Below are positions 1-10,181 of a DNA stretch of 64,000 nucleotides, in pieces. Made by a program: the position numbers and the translations under genes. The notes below the pieces were generated by a model. The model saw only the letters and a list, made by a program, of their open reading frames with translations. It did no database searches and was not told the origin of the DNA. Numbering within the stretch: the stretch's first letter is position 1; each line of letters starts with the position of its first letter. The stretch spans positions 1,231,234 to 1,295,233 of the forward strand of contig ML992503.1 in assembly GCA_010093995.1 (NCBI GenBank), read 5' to 3'. This DNA comes from Elsinoe ampelina. Taxonomy: Eukaryota.

Positions 1-1
1 A

Positions 2-2320
2 CTTGATAATGCCGATGACGTCGAGTGGGACTACGAGTGTTACATGCCTTCCGGAACCAACGCTCGGACGATTATCACATCACGCAATGTCGAGTGTGCG
101 GGTCTGGCTTCACAGAACGGGCATCTGCCTCTGGATGGTCTCGGTGTTGAGGATGCGGAAGAGCTTTTGTATCGGGCTACAAAGCTACCTTCTCAACTCA
201 GACAGCAACATCAGTCGGATGTTAATGGCATCTGCAAAGTGCTTGGATATCATGCACTCGCAATCAACCAGGCCGGCGCCTTCATTGCCAAAGGTCTGTG
301 CAGGATCGCTGAGTACGCCGGGCTCTTCGAGAAGCAGCGTTCGCGACTCTTGAAATATCATCCCACCCAGGGACGTTCGAGGTATGGCAATGTCTACTCT
401 ACTTTCGAAGTCGCGGCCAAGGTGCTGGAGACCACTAAGACTACAGAGGCTGAGGACGCCTTGCTGTTATTGTCACTCCTTACTGTTTACAACTGGATTG
501 ATCTGCCTCTCGATATGTTCAAGGCAGCACGCCAGAGCCAGCTCAGCAGGGTTGACTGTGACGATTGGCAGGGTGTCGACAACGAGTCCACCAGCGATTA
601 CATGGATGTACTGCATCTTCCTGAAGCTCGATCGCTCGACATGTTCGACGAAGAAGCTGATACGGAAAGTCCTGACGGCCTCCGTCTACAGCTTGCAGTG
701 AGCCTACTGGAATCGTTTGCGCTGATCACGAGAACGTTGGTCAATGAACGTGCTTGTATAAGCATGCATCCCCTGGTCCATGCCTGGGCTCAAAGCCGCC
801 TGCCATCAAGTGAGCATCTCCAACGATGGAAACGAGGTGCTACTGTTCTGGCTCTAGCAGCGAGAGCAGATCTCTGGGAAGGAGACCTTCGGCTGCTCCA
901 GCCTCACATCCTATACCTCGCAGACCGCGAGATCCTCATCAAAGTGCCCCCTGATCAGGTCAATGAAACCATGGTTGTTTTTGCACACCTAGTGAATCTA
1001 TTAGATATTCTCAGGAATGATCGGCTTTGTATTGAATTGCTGGAAGCTATGTTCGACAAACTGGACCTCTCGATCACAGATCCGACTACCACTTGGTGGC
1101 CGCTGTACCGACTCTATGCTATATCACTCCGCCGGAACGGCCTGTATAGGTTTTCTGCTGACGTCTTGGCAGCTGTCATTAGAACGCGGACAACAGGATC
1201 AGACATGGTCCCAACCAGTGCTATGCTCAACTTGAGACTGGAGTATTGCAGGTCGCTTTCCTGGGATGGAAACTACAAAGAGGCGTTGCAGCAGCTGCAG
1301 CTGTTGTACACCCTCTGCCGTGATTATGCTGGACCAGACAGTGCAGACCTCCTTAGTGTTGAGCACGAGCTTGGTAGCGCATTTAGAAGGTGCGGATATC
1401 CACTACCGGCTATTCCGACACTGGCGCACGCTTTGGCAATTCGACAAGGAACATTGGGACCGACTAATGCGACCACTCTAGCGACGCAGTTTGAGTTAGC
1501 ACTCGCCTATCTGAAAGCTGCACAATACAGCAATGCTGTTCCTCATCTTGAGCAAATTGTTGCGGTGCAGACGCAGACTCTAAGAGAGGATCACCCACAT
1601 CGTATTGGCTCTCAATATCGCCTTGCTGACGCTTATGTACGAATACAGCAATATGACTCTGCCATCAAGCTGTTTCAAGACATTCTACGAGTCGACGATA
1701 CTATGAACTACGATACCGGCCACCGCATTCGTCACTCGCTCGCAAATGTCCATGCTGCTGCTGGACAAGTGGATGCAGCAATCGCTGCCCTCGAGCATAT
1801 CGTTCGAGACTCTTCGAGCAGGCAGGCGGTATCACTAACGCTCCGGAATCAGCTTGGCCGCCTGTACATGGAGTCTTCGAGACCAGAGAAGACCATAGAG
1901 ATCCTGTCGCCCGTCGCGAAAGAGCATTCCTTGGTATCAGACAGACCTACCGAGGCTCAGCTCGCCGCACGACACACGCTAGCATATGCGTACATTTCCA
2001 GCGGCAGAGTGAAGGACGCCCTTGAGATTGCTACCGAAGTTGTCGAGAAAGACTTTGCCGCTGACCACGAGCGGTATTCATGGCGGTACTTGTACGCTTT
2101 GTGCCTGCACCTCGACGGACGGTCCAAGGAGGCAACGTCGGAGCTGAAAGAATGGGTCGAAGCACCTCCATCGGACGCCACCGCGAGCAAGGATCTGTTC
2201 TACAATGCCCAGGTGCTGCTGAAGCAGATGCAGCAGATCGAAGCAGGTAACGCGGAGCAAAAAGCCAATATGGAGACAGAAGCAGGTCAGGTCCCGGACG
2301 GTCAGGATCAGGAATCATAA
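2..2320 (+). CDS. Fungal NLR-like protein (NB-ARC/STAND NTPase + TPR repeats), 5' end outside the window
   Basis: The frame is open from nt 2: LDNADD (Walker B-like), IITSRN (RNBS-B), LGYHALAINQAGAFI (GLPL-like) and ISMHPLVHAW (MHD-like). These are followed by TPR-type repeats such as TLATQFELALAYLKAAQYSNAVPHLEQIV and HRIGSQYRLADAY. Confidence 0.85.
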   Translation, partial: LDNADDVEWDYECYMPSGTNARTIITSRNVECAGLASQNGHLPLDGLGVEDAEELLYRATKLPSQLRQQHQSDVNGICKVLGYHALAINQAGAFIAKGLCRIAEYAGLFEKQRSRLLKYHPTQGRSRYGNVYSTFEVAAKVLETTKTTEAEDALLLLSLLTVYNWIDLPLDMFKAARQSQLSRVDCDDWQGVDNESTSDYMDVLHLPEARSLDMFDEEADTESPDGLRLQLAVSLLESFALITRTLVNERACISMHPLVHAWAQSRLPSSEHLQRWKRGATVLALAARADLWEGDLRLLQPHILYLADREILIKVPPDQVNETMVVFAHLVNLLDILRNDRLCIELLEAMFDKLDLSITDPTTTWWPLYRLYAISLRRNGLYRFSADVLAAVIRTRTTGSDMVPTSAMLNLRLEYCRSLSWDGNYKEALQQLQLLYTLCRDYAGPDSADLLSVEHELGSAFRRCGYPLPAIPTLAHALAIRQGTLGPTNATTLATQFELALAYLKAAQYSNAVPHLEQIVAVQTQTLREDHPHRIGSQYRLADAYVRIQQYDSAIKLFQDILRVDDTMNYDTGHRIRHSLANVHAAAGQVDAAIAALEHIVRDSSSRQAVSLTLRNQLGRLYMESSRPEKTIEILSPVAKEHSLVSDRPTEAQLAARHTLAYAYISSGRVKDALEIATEVVEKDFAADHERYSWRYLYALCLHLDGRSKEATSELKEWVEAPPSDATASKDLFYNAQVLLKQMQQIEAGNAEQKANMETEAGQVPDGQDQES

Positions 2321-2445
2321 ATGAATCACCATCCATCAATATTCCATTTAGATGAGTCTTCATGAATACTCCTCGCTATGCAACCCCCCTCATCCTTCCC
2401 TTCCATCTCGAAACTTGTCCTAGGTGAAGCCTCGCATCTTCGTCC

Positions 2446-3054
2446 TCACCCCTCCCTTTCACTTTCGCTCCCCCTTTCCCCTCCGAACTCCATACCGTGA
2501 GACCAAATACCCCCCCACCCCCAGCAAATTCCCCACCGCCACGGCCCCCACAACCCCTTGCCAAACCCCCACCACCCCCCTCCCGCAAGCATCCCCAAAC
2601 AACTCCACCCATCCACCTCCATCTGCCCTTCGTTCTCCAAAAGTCTCCAGCTACGATCAGCCCACTCAATCTCCTCCCTCCCTCTCATGCGCATGAACAG
2701 GCCAGGGACCATGAATCCCGTCCCTATAACAGCGCCCATGCCTGCGCGACGGAGAAGGAGAGAGGAGAAGCCCTCTTTGACATTCAGACTTGATACACCA
2801 GGGGATGTAGAGAGGTTGTGCGGGCCACGCGCGGGGCTCGAGGCGGGGGAAGGAGAGGGAGGTAGGCCCTGGCGTCGGCGGTAGAGGTACTCGGCTGAGG
2901 CAAAGGGTAGGGCGAGGAGGGCGCCGGATTGGAAGCCGCGGTGGAGGACGTGGGTTGTCAGGATGGTGTGGGGGAGGGGCTGGGTTTCCGAGAAGGCGGG
3001 GTGGGGGAGGTGGGTGTAGGGGGAGAAGAGGAGGGGGATCGATGGGGGGGACAT
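2446..3054 (-). CDS. Conserved fungal hypothetical membrane protein; probable frameshift near 2575-2580
   Basis: 202-aa ORF with motifs ILTTHVLHRGFQ and MRMRGREEIEWADRSWRLLENEGQ. A different frame beyond the C6 run gives a more plausible hydrophobic C-terminus ending at 2459. Confidence 0.65.
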   Translation of the reverse strand: MSPPSIPLLFSPYTHLPHPAFSETQPLPHTILTTHVLHRGFQSGALLALPFASAEYLYRRRQGLPPSPSPASSPARGPHNLSTSPGVSSLNVKEGFSSLLLRRAGMGAVIGTGFMVPGLFMRMRGREEIEWADRSWRLLENEGQMEVDGWSCLGMLAGGGWWGFGKGLWGPWRWGICWGWGGIWSHGMEFGGERGSESEREG

Positions 3055-3603
3055 GGTGGTGTGGTGGGTGGCGTTGTGGAAGTGATGGATTTAAGGACGA
3101 AGGAATCGGGTCAGAGGGGTAGCTAGGTGCTGGTTTCAGGTGGCGAGGTGGTGAGGAGTTTGTGGTTGTGGTGTGGTTGGCTTGGAGCTGTGCAGGGGAG
3201 GGATGGATCTTGCCGTGTAGGAGGGTTGTGATGTGTCGTGGCAAGGTCGGCAGGGTGATGGGGATGTCCAAGGAGGATGTTGATGTATGCTAGCTATATA
3301 CCTTGATGATGATCTCGAATTGCTCCGCAGGACGAGATGGAGGGAGGTAGCGTTGTGGTGTGGCTGCGGTGCGGCCGTAAGGCCACGAACGCTGTTTGTG
3401 ACCACCTTGACCGGCCGTAGGAGGAGCAAGTCAATGGCGACCAAGTCTGGAGATCCGTTCCGTGTCGATGGGCACTTGGACATTGAAAGTAGATTGAAGA
3501 GTGGTCTAGCGTGGCGAGTATTGATATACTAAGCTTCGAAAGCTTGCAAGGTAGCAAGCAAGCTATCATACTGGCGTTACTCATAATCCAACAGCACTCA
3601 TTA

Positions 3604-4370
3604 TCACGTCTCAGGAAAGGTCGTTTCCATCCCTAGATTGGCCTTCTCACCATGTCTAAGTACCATGCGACGTCTCAGATCTGTTTTCACATCCTTCGCT
3701 GCAAGGTTGACAGCCGCATCATCCATCAAACCACGATACTCCTCAAACCTCTGCTCATCCGTACTATGAAGCAGCAGTGCCGTCGCCGAAGACTTCAACA
3801 GACCAGACCACTGCAAAGTCTTGCGCTTCCGGGACGAGTGGAGAACCACAGCCGCAAAGAACAGGATAGTAAGGACCGTCAAAACCAAAGGAAAGATAAG
3901 CCAGCACCACCGGACCCTCACACAAGTCTTCATCTCCTGCACCGTCCCCTGAACAGGCAGACTGAACGGGTCCTTCGGATCAGCGTACGTCCTCAGGTAA
4001 GCATTGATGGACGCCACAATCCTACTTGCGAAATTATCCACCGTCGAGATATTCGCGAAGCCGCCCGCGAAGAGATTTATCCCGCCAGCTCCGACATACG
4101 TTGAAAGGGTGGTCACGCTTCTTGTCCGAGGCTCATTCGGGGTCTCTCTTTCGAGTATAATGTATCCATTGCATTGCTGTCTTCACTTGCGGTGACATTA
4201 CTCGGGTGTCCCATGGTGATGGAATCGTCAGAAACTCGAGCTTCGACAGCTGCGCGAGGTTTGCCATCCAGAGGTCGATCGTAGCCAGCAGAGGTCGGAG
4301 TAAAGTCTTCGTCAGGCTGCGGTGCAGCACCGAGGTGGTCAAGGTCATGCATCGGAGCATATCGAGCCAT
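3604..4370 (-). pseudogene. Fragment resembling the C-terminus of DUF3176-type fungal membrane proteins
   Basis: VRVRWCWLIFPLVL...LLKSSATALLLH matches the V.V.W.WL..P / WKSS.L..L.H pattern I recall for this family. The ORF has no good ATG, and the upstream MARYAPMHDLD ORF (from ~4370) is in another frame with no convincing intron joining them. Confidence 0.4.
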
Positions 4371-5025
4371 GATGCGGCAAGACGTTACGGGAACGAAGAT
4401 ACCCAGCGCAGAGAAGCAAAGGGCTGCATGTGTGCGAGAAGGAAAGGTCGACTGTAGTGGACAGCGACATGAAACACGCACCATCGGCCAGCTGAGAGAT
4501 CATGACTTACAAGAATGGTCTGCACCCTTCAGCGCAAGCGCTGTGCCACCGTGCCACCCAGCATCTTCGCGCTGCGCTGCTTGGTGACGCCAGGAGTGCG
4601 GGTGGTGCTGCGAGTGTGCCTGAGCCATTGTGCAATCACTTTGCCTCACTTCACCACCAGTGTCGAATGCGACTCTGCTTCATGGTTAGGCGAGCGATAA
4701 TGATCCTCAGGGATTTCCGCAGAATGTGACCTTTGATGATTGACTTCTGCGCTCATGGCCGCTTTTGTCAGATCCAGGAAGAGCAGTCGAGGGATCTTTC
4801 ACAGTGAGGATTTCACCCTTGGACCGATGAGCCAGCTATGCTTGTGCGCCACCCAGGGTCCAGCTGAATGCACGTCTCTCTTGGCCACCGGTTCAGCACC
4901 ACCCCGTAATCTCAGCGAGAGCACGATATGGATATCAAATGTCATTAGATTCATACCCCATTCCCATCCCAATCTATAGTCATTAAAACCCCCAAACCCC
5001 ACCCCTTCCTGTGTGCTACTCCTGT

Positions 5026-7923
5026 CTACCAAGAGAAAGTCATCAGCGCCGGATTCAACGCCACCGGCAAACACAAATGACTAAACACGACCGTACTCAT
5101 CGGCAATATCGCAATAAAATCATCGATCCTCCAATCCCACGGCACAAACGGCGCCACCGCCAACACCACCATGCCCACAATCCCCAACAACGCAAACGCA
5201 ATGCTGTACTTGAACCGCTTCAACACCCTCGGCACCTCGACGAAAAAATTACTCCACTCCGCCTCCTTGGCCGTCGCGCCCCACTGCATGTTGTACTCGA
5301 ACATGTGCGCGAGGAGGGCAGACGACACGTGGAGGGACAGTCCGCCGAGGAAGATGGCGAACATGAGGATCCATTTCAGGTTTTCGGTGATGGAGGCGAT
5401 GAAGGATTTTTCGCCCACGCGGTAGCGCATTATGGCGAGGGAGACGTTGCCGAGGCCGTTGAAGACGATGATGATGGAGAACCAGACTTTCCAGCTGTCG
5501 ATGTAGTATTTGTCGAGGTAGCCGTTGAACCAGCCGACCTGGGAGGGGGGTTAGTGGATGTTCGGAGGGGGTGGCAGGAAGAGGGAAGCAGAGGGGAGGA
5601 GGGGGGAAGCAGAGGGGAGGAAGAGGGAGGGGAGGGCTTACGGCAAAGTAGTTCGCGGTGGTGAGGATCCAGGCGGCGCCGATAGCGTAGTACGTGCCGA
5701 TGTAAGAGACGATCGTGACCTTTGACGTGAAGCGGATGTTGCTGAAGAGGAAGCTGCGGAACAGCGGCGTGAAGGGGCCACGGACGAACCAGAAGCGGAT
5801 CGGGTGAAAGAGCAGCTCGTTGCAGCCGTAAGCGTACTTCTCCCATCGTGCCAACTCATCGTAGACTGTCAACGAGACGCCCTCCTTGAACCCATCCCCA
5901 GCCCACGCGGCGAGACGGATGATATAACCATTCACCTGCAGGCGGAGGGACATGTCAAAGTCCTCGGAGACGTGGCTCTCGGACCAGAACTTCTCGTAGT
6001 TGTCTTCGTCCATGTAGCTGACTTGTTGGATGGCGGACCAACGGAGGATGGCGTTGTGGCCTACGAAGGGAGCGACGTCGCCGTTGGAGACAGTGTAGCG
6101 AATAGCAGTGTAGATGAGGTTCGTGAAGAAGGTGATGCCGTTCTCGAAGTAGGTCCAGGTTACTTGCATGACGCCCGAGCTGAATTGCATGATCCCAACT
6201 TCAGGGCATTGCTCCATCTCGCTGCATGCGTCGAGCAGGCAGTCAGTAGGGACTTGTGTATCGGAGTCAATGAGCAGAATGTAGTCGCCCATGCGGATGT
6301 TGCCGTCGGCCCAAGCACGGCCTTCCTCAGCTTCAAGAACGGAGGTGAGGGCTGCACCGTAGGCGTCGGCTTCGTCGGAGGCGTTCCAATCGGCGTGGCG
6401 AGGGGTCTGGGAAAGAATTTCCTCAACGCGGCAGGATACCATGAGACCATAGTTCATGTTGGAAGCCTAGCATTTGTCAGAGCGGTTCATGCCGGGCAGG
6501 TCAGTGGGTAACATACCTTCTTGAACTTTCCCTTGCGCACAAATCCATTCTCACCATGTTTCGGGCGAGCAACCCAACCGATATTGTTATCGGTGTAAAA
6601 GTCGATCCTCGCCTCACGCTCCTCCTCACTGATAAGCTGAAGCCCATCGTCATTGATGAAGATATTGGACGACCCTCCCTGAAGCTCATAAGTGGACATG
6701 GCAGCCTTGATCGACTTTACAGTCGGCATGATGACAGCCTCAAGGCCCTCCTTGTAGACAGGACATTGGATGGTGATGTGTGGCAGGAAGTCTGTCTGAA
6801 GGCGAGGCGAGCATTTTGCGGAGTAGTACTTGCTGTTTGCCTTCATCTGCTTGATCGGACCGATCATCTGGGCGATACACCCGACGATGACTTGAGCGAA
6901 GAACTGGACCAATGATTAGTATGCGGCTCAAGCGAAGTGGAGCTTCAAACCTACCAGAGTGAAGAAGATCTGCACCGGGGTAAGCAGCAGGAAGGCGCAA
7001 CGAATGTACCCATTGTCGACCGCAATCTCAATCGCAATCTGGCGGAACCCAGCTCCGACCATGATGGTGATCAAGGCAAGCGTGATGCCAACGAGCACAG
7101 AGTTCTGCAGATGCGTCGCTCGCTCCTGCGGCTTGATATGTCCGGTCTCCTCATCAAACACCTCCTCGGTATGGATGGATGGCGAATCCTTCTCTTTCTC
7201 ATAGGTGTCGTCCCACCTTGCGTCGTCGTTGCCAGACTCCCAGATGATCTTTGCGAGGTCGTCCACGATGAATGTGGCGCGCTCAACGATGTGGTTGGCG
7301 TCATCGTCCCAGACGACTAGCAGGCCTTCGGCGGCTACCACGGCGGCGTATTGGTGCTTGCGGGCCCGGGGAAGGTAGTCCATGCTCGGCAGGATCTGGA
7401 CGCGGAGGCCGTTGCTGAGAGGGATGTCGGGGGATTCTGGGTTCCACATGAGGAAGGTCTTGACTACCCGTGAGTTGACAGTCATTGCGGCCTGTATGCA
7501 TGTCAGTCTTGGCTCCTCTGTCTCCTCTGATCCACATACATGTACACCAAGAGTATGTGCGCCTTGAGCAAAAGAGCTCTGGGCAAGCTCCGGTGGTGAG
7601 GCGACATATTGGGTTGGAGACTTTCTGATCAGTGTGCCCTCGCAGTCTCCGGCATATTCACCGATCCACATCTTGATGCATTGCTGCTGGAAGAGCCAGC
7701 TGCACATGACATCGTGCTTGATCTCGTCCAAGAAGGTCGATCGGACAGTCCTCCGTGATCTTGTTGAGGGAGCGAGCGAGCCTGGCCTTGGACTGTATGG
7801 TGCCCGTGGCGAAGTTGGCGCGGACGAAGATGCAGCTACCGGAGACTTCTCATTATTGGTGGTCGGCAGCGTTTCCTTCTTGTCTGCCGCCTTGCTGCCC
7901 TTGAAGTATGAGCTGATGCCCAT
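5026..7923 (-). CDS. Family 2 glycosyltransferase (multi-TM, fungal), 5 exons
   Basis: Introns 7492-7539, 6904-6954, 6467-6516 and 5539-5641 (GT..CTRAC/CTAAY..AG) join the ORFs. Motifs: QCPVYKE, NDDG, FKKASNMN, LLIDSD, SEDF, LARWEKYAYG, followed by C-terminal TM helices. Confidence 0.9.
5583..5621. repeat. Tandem 18-bp duplication (period 21) inside GT2 intron 4
   Basis: gggaagcagaggggagga occurs at 5583-5600 and 5604-5621. Confidence 0.8.
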
Positions 7924-10181
7924 GGTGTGGGACCGCAGGCTGCGGCTTTCGTATTAGTGTATCCCGGAGGTAGACGTGAGTCTCAGTGTTGCAGTCTGTA
8001 CTGTAGGTGGTGGTGATGGCAAAAGCGATAGACAGGCTTGAGCCCAGTGGGGTATTTACAGTAGGAAAGCGAGTGTGGCCACGGGAGGGATACGAGAAAC
8101 AGGAATGTCGGATGGGTATAAAGCGAAGGACTGGACCGCCAACGACCGAAGATGAGAAACCGATATGGAGAGAAGGAAGGGTTGAGAGGGATCAGACTTG
8201 AAAGAAAGTCACCCACCATGATACGAAAGGGATCAAGTCAAGAACCGATAGCGAGGGCCCCAACGCAGCCATGATGGCGTTTTGGAGGGATAAGCTCTCC
8301 CTATGGGCCATGGTCTATGTGGATCCACGTCTCCCACAAAGAGAAGAGGCGTTTCCAGATCAGGACGACGAGGATGGCCGAGGGGAGCTCGAATGGGAAA
8401 CGCATGGCACCACAGACCACACCGGACCAGCACGAGGGGACCAGGATGGGTATGGGAGGGTCGGGATTGAGCATGGTGAGGCGAGCTTGGAAGTGCAAGC
8501 GTTCCCGGCGGATAGGGTGAGCGGTCCTTGCGCTGCGGACGCGTGCAGGACGTGAAGGTCTCGACGGTGAGAGCACGTTCGCGGCGTGGGTGATCGACCT
8601 CGACTGGCCGGGAAACTTGGGCCGTGAACTTGATTTGATGGGCGATAGTGCGAGATCCTTGTTCGTATCATGCAGGAGGCTAATGCGGCTCGTGAACAGA
8701 TTGAGGTGGAAGAGAGATGGTTAGACCTTGATAGTGGCAGCGCTTGTAGTACGACTGTCAATGTTTCCGCATGGTAGACGGCGGGCACTAGCCAAGGTGC
8801 CGCGGGCCATGCCGAGCAGATTGTGCCTGACAAGACCGATCGTGTCCAGGCGTGATGGTGGTGTGCATGTCGTTTGCAGTAGCTTGCCACAAGCGAGATG
8901 CTGCGATGTGCGTTGTGCGAGACAAACGACAGACGTTGTTCAGCCCTGGACAGCTCTACTGGCGCGTTCTGACATGCCCGTGTCTCTGCTGAAGCTGTCA
9001 AGGTGTTTGCTGGATGACGGCGACACGTTTCTGTTGAGGCTCGCGGATGGCAGACGATGAGATAACGACCTCATGCAGGCGCGGGAGGATTGCTGTTTGA
9101 CAGCAGGTCCACAGACCAAAACTCGGTGAAATTTCTGGGTCAAGAGCGCAAGTGGCTTGACTTTTGCAACCTCCGATTGGGGGATAGCCTGCTGCACGCT
9201 GGATGCAAGTTTGATGCATGTCTCCTGCACGCTGAGCCGCACTTTTTCCCAAAGGAGCAGTCGAGCCGCGAACCATTCGAAGCCCCCTCGATAGCGCCAC
9301 GCTTCGATAGATTATATCGATTCAACTATATTTCCCGCATCCTCTTGTCGTATCTCTGGTTTGCCATGAGGGATCCCGTGGTTATCTCAAATCTCTTCGC
9401 GAGCGTGTTCCAGGTTTGGATATCTGCATGTGAAAGAGGCGAGAGGTGAGGTGGCAGGGAACAAGATGGAAGTCATCGGGACGATTCACTTTCCCCTCCG
9501 TCTCTCTCTCGCGCTTCAACGGTCGCCGTTCCACAAGTCCTGCCTCGCCTCCCTGGACCCTACATGACACATGAAAAGTCTTTGCATTCGGGAATGTCAA
9601 AGGCCAATGGTCGGTGCAGAAGCGATTGGAGCTTCTGCTGGCTCAAGGAGAAGGAGAAATGCTCATGCATTCATGCACGTGGTAGACCATTTCGACCGAC
9701 AGGTCAATTCTATAGCAAAAACTCAATGCTTCGATCTCGCAAATCAACTCTCCCTGAAACAAAACTCTGCTTGCCCACTACCGAACCATCTTTTCGCAAG
9801 CCGCAACGGAAGAGCCAGCGCCAAACTCCTTGCAATTCAAATCTTGAGATCCACACTTCCGGCCCGACTCAATCAGACGACAAACGTTGACATCACGACA
9901 AAAACTCACAATGAATCGATGCAGAATCTCATTCCTTGTAGCTAGCTGTCTTGCAACTACCTCCACCTTCTGTCTATGCTGCAGTAGAGACGTGAAAAAA
10001 AGGGTATAGTCTGCAGCACCTCGCAATGACTTGTTCGAACTTGAAACGCCTGCCCTTTCCGTCGTGACCTTCGTGCAATGCTCATGTCCCTTGAACGCCA
10101 TTTCCCGAGCCTGCCACTGCCTTGCAGACCGTAATTATGGACAAGTGGTGAATGAAACGAAAAGAAACAGCTTTGGCTCCA

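Noticed and set aside
5011..7957. Several 100-235 aa plus-strand ORFs
   Set aside because: Antisense to the well-supported GT2 gene.
8000..10180. Many short overlapping ORFs (e.g. 8360-9001)
   Set aside because: No recognisable motifs or splice-consistent model; most likely the GT2 promoter and the Tea4-like 3' region.
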